DNA of 64,000 nucleotides from Nitrospirota bacterium (GTDB lineage Bacteria; Nitrospirota; UBA9217): NCBI GenBank assembly GCA_963737155.1, contig CAVTRN010000001.1, positions 1,664,001 to 1,728,000 of the forward strand, read 5' to 3'. Shown piece by piece: positions 9,320 to 18,936 of this stretch (position 1 is its first letter; each line of letters starts with the position of its first letter). The notes under the pieces were generated by a model. It saw only the letters and a program-made list of their open reading frames with translations, ran no database searches and was not told where the DNA came from. The position numbers and the translations under genes were made by a program.

Positions 9320-10694
9320 GGCTCATGGCACCCTTCTGTGGGTAAAAGACCACGGATGGAATCGATTCATCCAGGGAGTGCAGGCCTGAATGATCTTCAA
9401 ATCTAGATAGGCATTGTCTCGATAACCGTATGCGCGGCGAATTACATTTCTTGCTTTAGCGTTTGCGGCCTCAATAAATCCAAGCGGCGCTTTATTATCG
9501 CAATACGCCAAAATACCATCCAGATGCTTTTCCACCATACGTGCGAATTTTTGCATCGGCTTCAGTCGACTCCATTTAAGTTGGTCTACCCAACCTCGAA
9601 AGAACTTGCGTGCCCATGTTATTGATTCATAGCTCCACAAGTGCCCAAACGTCTCTTTCATCAAATGCGCCTTAAACAATCGCTTATTTGCTCGCAATGC
9701 GTCATTCAGCTCTACCCGCGCATTTCCTCGTACATGGGCTTGACGGGAAAGCAGAATAAATTTTTTCCCCGACAGTCGGCCTTTCATCCATTTCCCGGCC
9801 TTTCGGATCTCCTGTACTCGCACAGCATTAAGAGCTTTTAGTAAGTGTTGGATAACGTGAAACTTATCGTAAATAATCTGCGCACTCGGACAGTGCTTGC
9901 GGACACTGTTGCGGAACGGCTTCCACATGTCCATTACTGCATGGGTGATTATATGAGCACGCTCTTTGCCAAACCACTTCCAGAACTTGCTCAAGTTGCG
10001 TTCTTTTCGCCCTTTTCCCACAAACAGCATCTCGGGACCACGAGGTCCATCCAGAGCGCTTATCATGTGCTTATACTTATGACCCTTGCCCTTTCCATGG
10101 GAAAGTTCATCCATGCCCAATACGTTTATGCCGTCCAGAGGGCGGTTTGCCTGCTCTTCTTGTAATGCCTGTTTATCGATCGCCTTGACCGTATGTCGGT
10201 GCAGCATCAGGATATCGCCCACGGCCTTGACCGTTGTCACTTTGCACAATTCCTTGGTTACATGCGCCAATTCTGCGGTGACCCGCGGTCCTCGGACATC
10301 TACAAAATCAAGAGGTTCCGATAAAATCCCGCACGCTTTACAGTTGCCGCGGTAGCGCTCGAATCGGATAAATGTTGGGGTACTCCAAAACAGTAAATGG
10401 CGGACCTCAAATTCCTTGCTGTCGTATCCGCCGACGTCTATTACACCACACTTCGCGCATGTATGAGTTTTATGATCCCGAGCTATCGTAACAATGACGG
10501 ATATACGTTCCTTTCGGTATCCTATATCAAACTCCGTCACATGATGCCCTTGAATTCCTAATAAGCGTGTGAGATAATCTAAATGCATCCGGAAGGCCCC
10601 TCCTTGCTTAATGATTGCGAGTCATTTGCAAGAAGTTAACGCTTTCCGGGTGTCTTTTCAACGCATTTCAGCCCATAGTATCGTGCCAAGAGCC
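9320..10694 (-). mobile_element. ISL3-family insertion sequence
   Basis: IRs GGCTCATGGCAC / GTGCCAAGAGCC; 8-bp TSD TCTTACAT at 9312-9319 and 10695-10702. Confidence 0.95.
9323..10588 (-). CDS. ISL3-family transposase
   Basis: CAKC..CKAC zinc finger, LGMDE, MDMWKPF, YDKFHV, EAANAK..RRAYGYR. Confidence 0.95.
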   Translation of the reverse strand: MHLDYLTRLLGIQGHHVTEFDIGYRKERISVIVTIARDHKTHTCAKCGVIDVGGYDSKEFEVRHLLFWSTPTFIRFERYRGNCKACGILSEPLDFVDVRGPRVTAELAHVTKELCKVTTVKAVGDILMLHRHTVKAIDKQALQEEQANRPLDGINVLGMDELSHGKGKGHKYKHMISALDGPRGPEMLFVGKGRKERNLSKFWKWFGKERAHIITHAVMDMWKPFRNSVRKHCPSAQIIYDKFHVIQHLLKALNAVRVQEIRKAGKWMKGRLSGKKFILLSRQAHVRGNARVELNDALRANKRLFKAHLMKETFGHLWSYESITWARKFFRGWVDQLKWSRLKPMQKFARMVEKHLDGILAYCDNKAPLGFIEAANAKARNVIRRAYGYRDNAYLDLKIIQACTPWMNRFHPWSFTHRRVP

Positions 10695-10851
10695 TCTTAC
10701 ATAATAATTCTATTATACTTTCCGCATCAAGTAATCAACCTTTTGATTGCGGGCAACGGCGTAAATACCCCTAAAGGCTGATTAGAATGTTCAACATTCT
10801 TACCCAGAGACTGCATCATACCGCGAATCAAGAAGAGACGATAATCACCAT

Positions 10852-13692
10852 ATGAAGATTATTGAATATGACGACCTTGATACATCAAAAGTGAAGCGTC
10901 AATACGGAAAGCTCATTGGCTTTCTTGAAAAGGACGATTTATATTCGGCAGAAGTTAAAAAACTGTCTGAACAGGATCTATTCCGAGCTAAGCTTGATGA
11001 TACCAATCGTCTCCTGTTTAAAATCATGACCTATGGAGGGGAGAGGTACGCCCTCATACTTGAGGTTGTGCTGAATCACGAGTATGATAAATCGAAGTTT
11101 CTGCGGGGCGTTCGAATTGACGAAGCAAAGATTCCGATTGTCGAGTCGGCGGCCGTGGGATGCGAAAAGCTTCCCGTCCTCTCATATATCAACCCGTCGC
11201 TTATCCGGTTTCATGTTCTTGACAAGGTGATATCTTTTGATCCTGATCAGCAAGAATCCTTTCAGCATCCCACGCCGCTCATCATCATTGGCCCCGCCGG
11301 CAGCGGCAAGACTGCGCTAACCCTCGAAAAGATGAAGCAAGCCCAGGGTCAGGTCCTGTATGTGACCTTGTCGCGCTACCTTGCGGATAATTCCCGAGAT
11401 ATTTATTATTCCCATCACTATGAAAACAATGAGCAAGAGATTGCCTTCCTGTCGTTCCGGGAATATCTTGAAACGATGCGGGTCCCCGAGGGCAGGGAAA
11501 TCACCTACCGGGCCTTTGCCGGATGGCTCACGAGGATTCCGAAGCAGCAACGCGTCTCCGACGCTCATCGTCTCTATGAGGAGTTCCGTGGTGTATTGAC
11601 CGGATCCATCATAGACAAACCATGGCTTACTCGCGAAGAGTACCTCGGGCTCGGAGTTCGGCAGTCCATCTTTCTTGCTGATGAGCGCGAAGCAGTATAC
11701 TTGCTATTCGAAAAATATCTTGCATTTTTGAAGGAGAATGGTTTTTACGACCCAAATATCCTGGCGCACGGTTACTTACTCCATGTAAAACCGTACTATG
11801 ATTTTGTCGTTGTTGATGAGGTGCAGGATATTACGAACATCCAGCTTCAGCTCATTCTCCGGAGTCTGAAGCGGCCTGATGATTTTATTCTCTGTGGTGA
11901 TTCTAATCAGATCGTCCATCCTAATTTTTTCTCATGGAGCGGCCTCAAAACTATGTTTTATCAGGCCGATGCTGTTGAATCAGGCAAGATGACGCGAATT
12001 TTACAGTCGAATTTCCGCAACTCGGTTTCCGTTACCAAACTTGCGAACAAGCTGCTCAGGGTAAAACACAAACGTTTCGGGTCTATCGACCGGGAAAGCA
12101 ATTATCTTATGAACAGTGTGTCGGACAGGTCTGGCGAGATCGTTTTCGTCCGGGACACGGATAAGGCTAAACGGGAATTGAGCCAAAAGACCCGAAGATC
12201 AACGAAATTCGCCGTATTGGTCATGCGCGATGAAGACAAGGCCTTGGTGCGGCAGTTCTTTGATACGCCGCTGCTCTTCAGCATTCAGGAGGCCAAGGGC
12301 CTGGAATACGAGAATGTTGTTCTCGTGAACTTTATATCGAGTGAGCGCGCCACCTTCCAGGAGATCATTGATGGGGTGAGTGAAGAGGACTTGATCGGGG
12401 AGTTGGATTATCGGAGGGCCCGGGACAAAACGGATAAATCCCTTGAGGTCTATAAGTTCTTCATTAATTCTCTTTATGTCGCCGTCACGCGCGCCGTGCA
12501 TAAATTGTATCTGATCGAGAGCGACATTAACCACCCGTTCATCGAAATGCTCGGGATTCAGGACGCGCGAGAGGATGCTATAGTTGACGAGAAGCAGTCC
12601 AGTATTGAGGAATGGCAAGCTGAGGCCCATAAACTGGAGCTCCAGGGCAGGCAGGAGCAGGCAGACGAAATCAGGCGAGGTATCCTGAAAACTCAGCCTG
12701 TTCCATGGGAAGTGTGTACGCCGAACTACGTACTGAAACTCCTTGCGCACGTTCGAAACCCCAAGGAAGTATCACAGAAACCGAAAAAAACATTGTTCGA
12801 ATACGCGTTGTACTACGACGAGCCCCGATTAATGGACACCTTAAGCCAGAGCGGATTCGACAAGGCAAAAAAACTATTTATTACGGAGTATGGTTCCCGG
12901 TCTTTGAACGAACCTGCATACGAGCAACAAAGAAACAGTGCGTTGACTCGATACCACGAGGATTACAGGGGTCGGTTTTATAAGAACATACTCAAACAAT
13001 GCGAAACTTACGGCATCGACCACCGTACGGTATTCAACAAAACACCTCTCATGCTTGCAGCGATTGAGGGCAACGCAGCGCTTATCCGGGAACTGCTCGC
13101 AGCGGGCGCTGATACGGAAGCGATCGATCATTATGGTTGTACGGCTTGGATGGGCGCTCTAGAATGGGCACTTCAGGACCGTGAATTCGCTTCCAAACAG
13201 TTTTCCTCTGTGCATGAGCTTCTTGCACCCTCTTATATTAGTCTGAAAATTGAGGACCGCCTGGTGAAACTAGACAGCAGTCAAGGAGAATTTTTTCTGT
13301 TCGCCATCTTTTTATCACTACTGCACAAACGTTTCAACTCAAAGTACGTGGCCATGGTCTCGCTCAACGCTATTACGCTGGCGGAAAGGGGTTCCCTCCT
13401 GCCGGACAGCATCGTGCCTGGGTACCGGAAGAAGAGGACCTATATTTCGGGGCTTCTATCGAAAAATGAAACGGAAAGCTCGAATCCATACAGCAGGAAG
13501 TTGTTCAGACGTGAGCGGCAGGGGTGGTATGTACTGAATCCGAAACTCGCCGTACGTCATCGTGAGGAATGGAGAAATATCTACCAGCATGCTGGCATCG
13601 ACCTGATTGCTCACATGGGGCCGGAAGGCGAGGGGGCGTACCGCTCCATGATGGCGCACGTGCTTAGCGATGGCGGACAAAAGGTTTATTAA
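10852..13692 (+). CDS. Superfamily-1 (UvrD-like) helicase with N-terminal RelE/ParE-like domain and C-terminal ankyrin repeats
   Basis: GPAGSGKT, VVDEVQD, CGDSNQ, NFRNS, AKGLEY, LYVAVTRA helicase motifs; KTPLMLAAIEGNAALIRELLAAGAD ankyrin; N-terminal VKKL..LFRAKLDDTNRLLF resembles RelE. Confidence 0.85.
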   Translation: MKIIEYDDLDTSKVKRQYGKLIGFLEKDDLYSAEVKKLSEQDLFRAKLDDTNRLLFKIMTYGGERYALILEVVLNHEYDKSKFLRGVRIDEAKIPIVESAAVGCEKLPVLSYINPSLIRFHVLDKVISFDPDQQESFQHPTPLIIIGPAGSGKTALTLEKMKQAQGQVLYVTLSRYLADNSRDIYYSHHYENNEQEIAFLSFREYLETMRVPEGREITYRAFAGWLTRIPKQQRVSDAHRLYEEFRGVLTGSIIDKPWLTREEYLGLGVRQSIFLADEREAVYLLFEKYLAFLKENGFYDPNILAHGYLLHVKPYYDFVVVDEVQDITNIQLQLILRSLKRPDDFILCGDSNQIVHPNFFSWSGLKTMFYQADAVESGKMTRILQSNFRNSVSVTKLANKLLRVKHKRFGSIDRESNYLMNSVSDRSGEIVFVRDTDKAKRELSQKTRRSTKFAVLVMRDEDKALVRQFFDTPLLFSIQEAKGLEYENVVLVNFISSERATFQEIIDGVSEEDLIGELDYRRARDKTDKSLEVYKFFINSLYVAVTRAVHKLYLIESDINHPFIEMLGIQDAREDAIVDEKQSSIEEWQAEAHKLELQGRQEQADEIRRGILKTQPVPWEVCTPNYVLKLLAHVRNPKEVSQKPKKTLFEYALYYDEPRLMDTLSQSGFDKAKKLFITEYGSRSLNEPAYEQQRNSALTRYHEDYRGRFYKNILKQCETYGIDHRTVFNKTPLMLAAIEGNAALIRELLAAGADTEAIDHYGCTAWMGALEWALQDREFASKQFSSVHELLAPSYISLKIEDRLVKLDSSQGEFFLFAIFLSLLHKRFNSKYVAMVSLNAITLAERGSLLPDSIVPGYRKKRTYISGLLSKNETESSNPYSRKLFRRERQGWYVLNPKLAVRHREEWRNIYQHAGIDLIAHMGPEGEGAYRSMMAHVLSDGGQKVY

Positions 13693-13903
13693 GGAAACTG
13701 CCGTGCGATTATGCTTGGTAACAGAAATGCCTTGAAATGTTCATTGTTACAGATATAATAAAGTCAAGGGATTCTCTCGATCATGATATATTACCCAGGG
13801 TTTGGACAAACCGATTGATGACAACAGACTTTTCTGTAAAGTCAGACGGACTCAGAAGTGGATAAATCCATTATGTGCACGGAAACCGTAAGGGGCATCG
13901 CAA

Positions 13904-14227
13904 ATGAATGATAGATTCTTGCGGATCCCGCATCTTGCCCAGAATGGCGATGTGAAAATATCCGACCATGGCTATGACGAACTTGCAGCTGACAATATCT
14001 TTGTTCGGGATGTTATAGCGACGGTTGCCGATGCGATCATTGTCGAGGATTATCCAGACTATCCAAAAGGGCCTTCCATCCTCGTGTTGCAGAAAGATCG
14101 GACTGGTCACTCAATACATGTGGTATGGGGCATTCCAAAAGGGGCATCGTCACCAGCAGTCCTGGTTACCGCTTATAGGCCGGATTTGGAACGCTGGTCA
14201 GACGATTTTCTAAGGAGAAAGAAATGA
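13904..14227 (+). CDS. DUF4258 family putative toxin
   Basis: ISDHGYDEL..EDYPDYPKGPSILVL..IHVVWG..LVTAYRPD..W pattern. Confidence 0.85.
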   Translation: MNDRFLRIPHLAQNGDVKISDHGYDELAADNIFVRDVIATVADAIIVEDYPDYPKGPSILVLQKDRTGHSIHVVWGIPKGASSPAVLVTAYRPDLERWSDDFLRRKK

Positions 14228-14439
14228 AGTCAAAACATTATACAAAACTTGTGCATGAGCGGGAATATGTTGCCGAAGTAGATGTGGAATTGATTTATTC
14301 AGATGATGGGTGGTCACCTTATCTTTCCGTGGAAGATGCATACAAGCTGGATGATGTGCGCGAAGCTCTTCGGCAGGGCAATTTGGAAACAGCGTCCCGT
14401 TTGGCGAAAGTCTATACTTTAACCCCGCTAACCACATAG
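14224..14439 (+). CDS. Small putative antitoxin partner of DUF4258
   Basis: 71 aa, ATGA overlap with the DUF4258 stop; YVAEVDVELI..WSPYLS.EDAYKLD.VR pattern. Confidence 0.7.
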   Translation: MKSKHYTKLVHEREYVAEVDVELIYSDDGWSPYLSVEDAYKLDDVREALRQGNLETASRLAKVYTLTPLTT

Positions 14440-14586
14440 GTTTCCCATTGGGTGGAATATGACGTTAGAGAAAGTACAGTACAGTGGGGGTACTTTTGGG
14501 GGTATCCTGAAAATAGCATTTGAAAATATATAATAATTTCAATGCATTGGACAAACTATTTGATGGTCACCGCCTCACCATTTAAG
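14432..14586 (+). repeat. att-like site 1 (integrase arm motifs plus tmRNA/tRNA 3'-end fragment)
   Basis: GGGGGTACTTTTGGGGGTAT then TGATGGTCACCGCCTCACCATTTAAG; ~150-bp homology with 22967-23115. Confidence 0.8.
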
Positions 14587-14847
14587 CTATTTAAAAATAA
14601 GGGATTTTCAGTGTTTTTGTGGGTTTCTACGAATAATAAGTTGTGATTGACTTAAGGCTGATTTCAAATGAGATCAGCATTTTTTTTCGCCATCAGTCAC
14701 CAATGCTGTAATAGGCGGTTCCGTGATAATTTATCTAATAAGATTGAACGCCACACTGACAATCCTAAATTCGACCCAATATCGCAAGTTATTTACCCGC
14801 ATTTTGTCCTCTTCCCTAAAGTGCCATTCTTCTGTATTATATTGTCT

Positions 14848-15420
14848 GTGCAAACCGCCGATGATCTTAAGTTCATAGAAGCGTTCAAAAAAGGAGACAC
14901 ATCGGCATTTGAGGAGATCGTCCTCAAATACCAGGATAAGATATACAACCTCTGCCGTCATATGCTCGGGAACGCCCACGACGCGGAGGACGCCGCACAG
15001 GATGTGTTCCTGAAAGCCTACAAGGCCCTGCCCAAGTTCCAGCCCGATGCATCTCTATACACTTGGCTCTATCGCATTGCGGTCAATACCTGCATTGATT
15101 ATCGAAGAAAGCCCCTCTTTGCATCTCTGTTCAACCGATTCGAGGACGGTGTGGACGTTATGATCGATAGGCCCTCGTATGAACCTTCTCCAGAACTGCT
15201 CTACGATTTGAAACAAGCGGGCCGTGCCCTATGGAGGAGCCTTGCAAGGATTTCTCCGAAGCTGAGGGCTGCCATTGTCTTGAAGGAAGTGGAGGGTCTC
15301 TCCTATGAGGAGATTGCCAAAGTCCTCGATATTTCCCTGGGGACGGTGAAATCACGGATTTCCCGGGCGCGGGAAGAATTGAAAATTTTAATGGAACAAA
15401 ATCAAAAACCATCCGTTTAA
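14848..15420 (+). CDS. ECF sigma-70 factor (RpoE/SigW-like)
   Basis: DAEDAAQDVFLKAY, FQPDASLYTWLYRIAVN, GLSYEEIA..SLGTVKSRISRAR; start chosen at GTG 14848 (uncertain). Confidence 0.93.
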   Translation: MQTADDLKFIEAFKKGDTSAFEEIVLKYQDKIYNLCRHMLGNAHDAEDAAQDVFLKAYKALPKFQPDASLYTWLYRIAVNTCIDYRRKPLFASLFNRFEDGVDVMIDRPSYEPSPELLYDLKQAGRALWRSLARISPKLRAAIVLKEVEGLSYEEIAKVLDISLGTVKSRISRAREELKILMEQNQKPSV

Positions 15421-15437
15421 TTGATAGGAGAGAGATA

Positions 15438-15890
15438 ATGAAGTGTCCAAAAACAAAATCTCTGTCATCATACCTTGATAACGAAGTGAAAGCTAAGGGA
15501 AAAACGTCGTTCGAAATTCACATGAAGGAGTGCGCCGCATGCTCCCTTAGACTTAAAGAGATGCAGACTCTCCTCAATCAGTTCGCCAGCGCAGAGAGAT
15601 ACAAGGCACCCTACGGGTTTTCCACACGGGTTATGGCCCTCGCAACCGCGCAGAAAGAGCGTAGGCTGTCACGGCTTCTTCCTCTGGTAACGAAATTTGC
15701 CGAGATTCTCATCCTGCTTGCAGTGATCAACATCGGCATCGCCTCCGGCAGGTTTGTGGTAACTAGCATCACGGCACAAAAGACCACAAAGATCGCATCG
15801 TCATTTTCTCTTGATGTTTTCGACCTTGCTCCGCCTGATTCGGTGGGGGGCGCATACATAGCGCTGACGGAGGTGAACCATGAGAAGTAG
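15438..15890 (+). CDS. zf-HC2 anti-sigma factor, single TM
   Basis: C..LSSYLD...HMKECAAC zinc motif followed by a TM helix. Confidence 0.88.
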   Translation: MKCPKTKSLSSYLDNEVKAKGKTSFEIHMKECAACSLRLKEMQTLLNQFASAERYKAPYGFSTRVMALATAQKERRLSRLLPLVTKFAEILILLAVINIGIASGRFVVTSITAQKTTKIASSFSLDVFDLAPPDSVGGAYIALTEVNHEK

Positions 15891-16347
15891 CGCTCCGTTG
15901 AAATTCGCTCTTGCTATTTCGTTGGCATTGAATCTGTCGTTTCTCGCAACCGCAGGATATACCTATTATAAACAATCCAGAACATGGACCTCTCCCTTTG
16001 GCGTAAAGATGGAAAAAAGCAAGTTCCTGTTCGAAGAGCTATCTCTCAAGCCTGAACAGCTCAATGCCTTGAGGGAGCGGACGATACCCTTCCGGGCCGA
16101 GCTCGACAAGCGTCGCGTGGAAATCACTGAAAAAAGAAAAGAGCTGATTGCGCTCCTGCGTGAGGATAAACCCGATAAAAATGCGGTAAACGCCGTCATT
16201 GCCGAAATCAGCAAGATGCAGGAAGAAATGCAGAGAATAATAGCAACACACATGCTGGAGTTAAAGGCATCCCTCGACAAGGACCAGCAGCAGAGATTTT
16301 TTGACTTGATTGAAAACACCATGCTGCAGAGCGGCCAGATGGGATGA
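15880..16347 (+). CDS. Periplasmic heavy-metal sensor (Spy/CpxP/ZraP-like)
   Basis: SLALNL anchor, ELSLKPEQ and LDKDQQQRF LTxxQ-like motifs. Confidence 0.85.
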   Translation: MRSSAPLKFALAISLALNLSFLATAGYTYYKQSRTWTSPFGVKMEKSKFLFEELSLKPEQLNALRERTIPFRAELDKRRVEITEKRKELIALLREDKPDKNAVNAVIAEISKMQEEMQRIIATHMLELKASLDKDQQQRFFDLIENTMLQSGQMG

Positions 16348-16394
16348 TGGATACGCTCAGTCTCGCTTATCTCACTTGCTGCCGGATAAATGCC

Positions 16395-16481
16395 GTGATG
16401 AACATCGTGCTCATTTCTGTGGGTGAACGCGTGAAGGAGATCGGCCTGTACAGGGCCGTCAACGCGAGAAAAATGGAGGTT
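16395..16481 (+). pseudogene. Remnant of MacB/FtsX-like ABC permease
   Basis: VMNIVLISVGERVKEIGLYRAVNARKMEV matches the [23 protein letters not shown] permease motif. Confidence 0.7.
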
Positions 16482-16486
16482 TTGAT

Positions 16487-17689
16487 ATGAACAGGAAAAC
16501 GATCCTAAGCAGCGCCATCGTTCTCTACTTTATAATCGGTTTTGAGATCTTGATAATGATAAGTCCGTTTGCGGGACTCTTCTATTCCGCATTCACTCCT
16601 TTTTTATTGGAACTGGCCAAGTATCCCGCCACACGGTGGTTGAGCGCCTTTTTTCTGCCTCACATGGTGGTCCCTCCGGGTGCTTTTTTAAAATTTGTCC
16701 GTGTGATGGGGTCGGTTCTTTTTGTAACAGGCTTGTCGGTGTTTGTCATTTGCGCGCTTCAGGTATACACGAACAAGTTCTTGAAAAGGGGCACGGCCTT
16801 AAGGGGGCTTTACTCAGTCATAAGACATCCCCAGTATGTTGGGCTTGCCTCGGCAGGGATCGGTCTCGCCATACTATGGCCAAGATTTCTCACCATTGTG
16901 CTCTGGCTCGTAATGATCGGGCTTTATTATCTCCTTTCCAAAGACGAGGAGAGGCGGATGCTTAAGGCGTATCCGGATACCTACGGGGCATATATGGAAA
17001 AAACAGGGATGTTCCTGCCAAAGAAGATGGAAAGGCCGCTCTCTCCTTCAGGCACTATGGGAAAGATTGCCCTATTCGCGCTCATTGCCACGTTAACCAT
17101 CGGCAGTGTCTTTTTTCTGAGGTATTACACGGTAAAAAACCTTCCTCTCTGGGCGCAAAATTTAAACGGCTCAGGCCCTCATGTGGTTGCACTAGCCCTC
17201 ATGCCGGACGATGCGCAAAAAATGGATCACAGAATGAATGATATCCTCTCGATGCATGAGGTGAAGACCAAACTTGGAAATAATGGGAATTATCTTGTCT
17301 ATTTCATTCCCCCCGATTACATCATGCAGGGAATGATTGCCGATACTGGAGATGAGTGGAGGCTCTACAAAAGGCACCACTTTACCTTAAGCAGATTTAT
17401 GGACTGGGTGATCCATCCTTTTAGCCACTTGGCGGGGCATCACCATGATGCCAATATGGAGCCCCTCGGCCATTCGCCATTTGGCATGGAGATGGGCATG
17501 GTAAGAAGGCTGATTTTTCTGAATGTCTCTGACGGGGTGTTCAGTCAGCCGTCCGATTTCTTTTCCATAAATGCAGAGAGAGTGCCCCAGTTCATGTTGG
17601 ACGTGGATGTACATAACCTGAAGCCCATCCAGGTTAAAGATTTACCAACAGATACAGGTTGGGGCAAACTGCCGACACCTATGTTTTAA
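16487..17689 (+). CDS. Isoprenylcysteine carboxylmethyltransferase (ICMT/PEMT)-family membrane protein with His/Met-rich C-terminal domain
   Basis: GLYSVIRHPQY..EERRM..Y..YMEKT motif; HLAGHHHDANMEPLGHSPFGMEMGM segment. Confidence 0.8.
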   Translation: MNRKTILSSAIVLYFIIGFEILIMISPFAGLFYSAFTPFLLELAKYPATRWLSAFFLPHMVVPPGAFLKFVRVMGSVLFVTGLSVFVICALQVYTNKFLKRGTALRGLYSVIRHPQYVGLASAGIGLAILWPRFLTIVLWLVMIGLYYLLSKDEERRMLKAYPDTYGAYMEKTGMFLPKKMERPLSPSGTMGKIALFALIATLTIGSVFFLRYYTVKNLPLWAQNLNGSGPHVVALALMPDDAQKMDHRMNDILSMHEVKTKLGNNGNYLVYFIPPDYIMQGMIADTGDEWRLYKRHHFTLSRFMDWVIHPFSHLAGHHHDANMEPLGHSPFGMEMGMVRRLIFLNVSDGVFSQPSDFFSINAERVPQFMLDVDVHNLKPIQVKDLPTDTGWGKLPTPMF

Positions 17690-17847
17690 AAAGTGAGAGC
17701 GATAGGCGGCTGTTTGACTTTCCACGGGCATAGAAGGCAAGATATCTTTATCTTGGAAGGGAAGTGAACAGTCCGAATTGCTTCAAAAAACGTTTGTCTA
17801 GCAATAACTTTACGAGAAAGATATTTTTAACATGAGGTATTCTTATT

Positions 17848-18309
17848 TTGGAACCGGAAGCAAAGCAGGTTGCAAATAAAGTTGCTGACGCTCAAGCCGA
17901 GGTGGGCGCTATTGTAGAAAAGCCGAAGAACCTTTATAACCGGATGGAATGGGCTGGGGCGTCCAGGGGCGTCGGAACATTGATCCCCTTTGTGGTTGCC
18001 TATATCACTATCGTGAAAAAGCCGCCACTCGGCCTTCTGTTCATGTTCGGTATTTCGCTTATAGCATCTGGGCTTTATTACCGGACACCTATTCCAATCC
18101 AGCCCATGAAAGCCATCGGCGCGGCAGCCATCGCTGTAGGCATAAGTCCAGCAGCCCATTTACGGATCAGGTCTTACCACGGGGCTTTTCTGGCTTCTTG
18201 CCGGAGTTACGGGGATTATCAGGCCGATTGCCAAACTTGCGACCAAACCCGTTGTTCACGGCAAGCGGAACCCTCTGGTGCTGAATATGACCAACAAAAA
18301 GTAATTTGA
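17848..18309 (+). pseudogene. Truncated/frameshifted MOT1-family molybdate/sulfate transporter
   Basis: NRMEWAGA..GTLIP..GLYYRTPIPIQPMKAIGAAAIA is the MOT1 N-terminus; the frame is lost afterwards. Confidence 0.75.
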
Positions 18310-18334
18310 CTTTGCAGCATGCTCATGTTATAAG
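18306..18334 (+). promoter_or_regulatory. Sigma70 promoter of the riboswitch-cbi transcript
   Basis: TTGACT-17 bp-TATAAG with extended TG. Confidence 0.7.
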
Positions 18335-18349
18335 AATTTAACACTACAT

Positions 18350-18525
18350 AAAAAAGCTACGCATTCAAGCTAAGGGAATCCCGTGGAAATCGGGAGCGGA
18401 ACCGCCGCTGTAATCCCGGCCCCTGTATCATAAGGGGGCCATACTCACTGCCAGAACATGCCACTGGCCCGGTTAACGGGTTGGGAAGGCGGGCAGGGAG
18501 GAAGGGGAAAGCCAGAAGACCTGCA
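18350..18525 (+). ncRNA. Cobalamin riboswitch 1
   Basis: AAGGGAATCCCGTGGAAATCGGGAGCGG..CCGCCGCTGTAA, GCCACTG..TGGGAAGGC, AAGCCAGAAGACCTGC B12-box. Confidence 0.92.
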
Positions 18526-18582
18526 TGGATGTTCTCGCACAGTCTTCGGCGTTAAGACGATGTGTGGTTAATTCTGTCTGTT

Positions 18583-18618
18583 AATCCCCAGTCTTCCAAG
18601 GAAGGCTGGGGATTTTTT
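18583..18618 (+). terminator. Riboswitch-associated intrinsic terminator
   Basis: AATCCCCAGTCTTCC-AA-GGAAGGCTGGGGATTTTTT. Confidence 0.88.
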
Positions 18619-18754
18619 ATTGGGGTGCGATACCCTAGGACGTAGCGTGGGCAAAACTGTTGTGACGGTCGTGAACGGGTTACCAAAACGTCAGATATAG
18701 AGGTGATAAGAACGAGATAGTCGGATTGAATCAGGCATAAGGCGAAATGTAGCA

Positions 18755-18903
18755 TTCCGGGAGTGTTGAAGCGGAAAGGAGTGAAAATCTCCTGCTGTCA
18801 CGCAGCTGTGAAGATAACGAAAACCCAAGGAAAGAGCCGCTGTCACGGCAACCCCGTGATGGGAAGGCAGGCGAGTAGGCAGCCCTGAGCCGGAAGGCCT
18901 ATC
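18755..18903 (+). ncRNA. Cobalamin riboswitch 2 (more divergent)
   Basis: AGCGGAAAGGAGTGAAAATCTCCTGCTGTCACGCAGCTGTGA, GCCGCTG..GGGAAGGC, GAGCCGGAAGGCCT, just upstream of the cbiM SD. Confidence 0.75.
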
Positions 18904-18936
18904 ATTCCCAAAACCTCGACGTATAAGGAGAATAAA

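Noticed and set aside
14668-14847. N-terminal 60 aa of the ECF sigma ORF as given in the ORF track
   Set aside because: No sigma homology before VQTADD; likely upstream non-coding sequence
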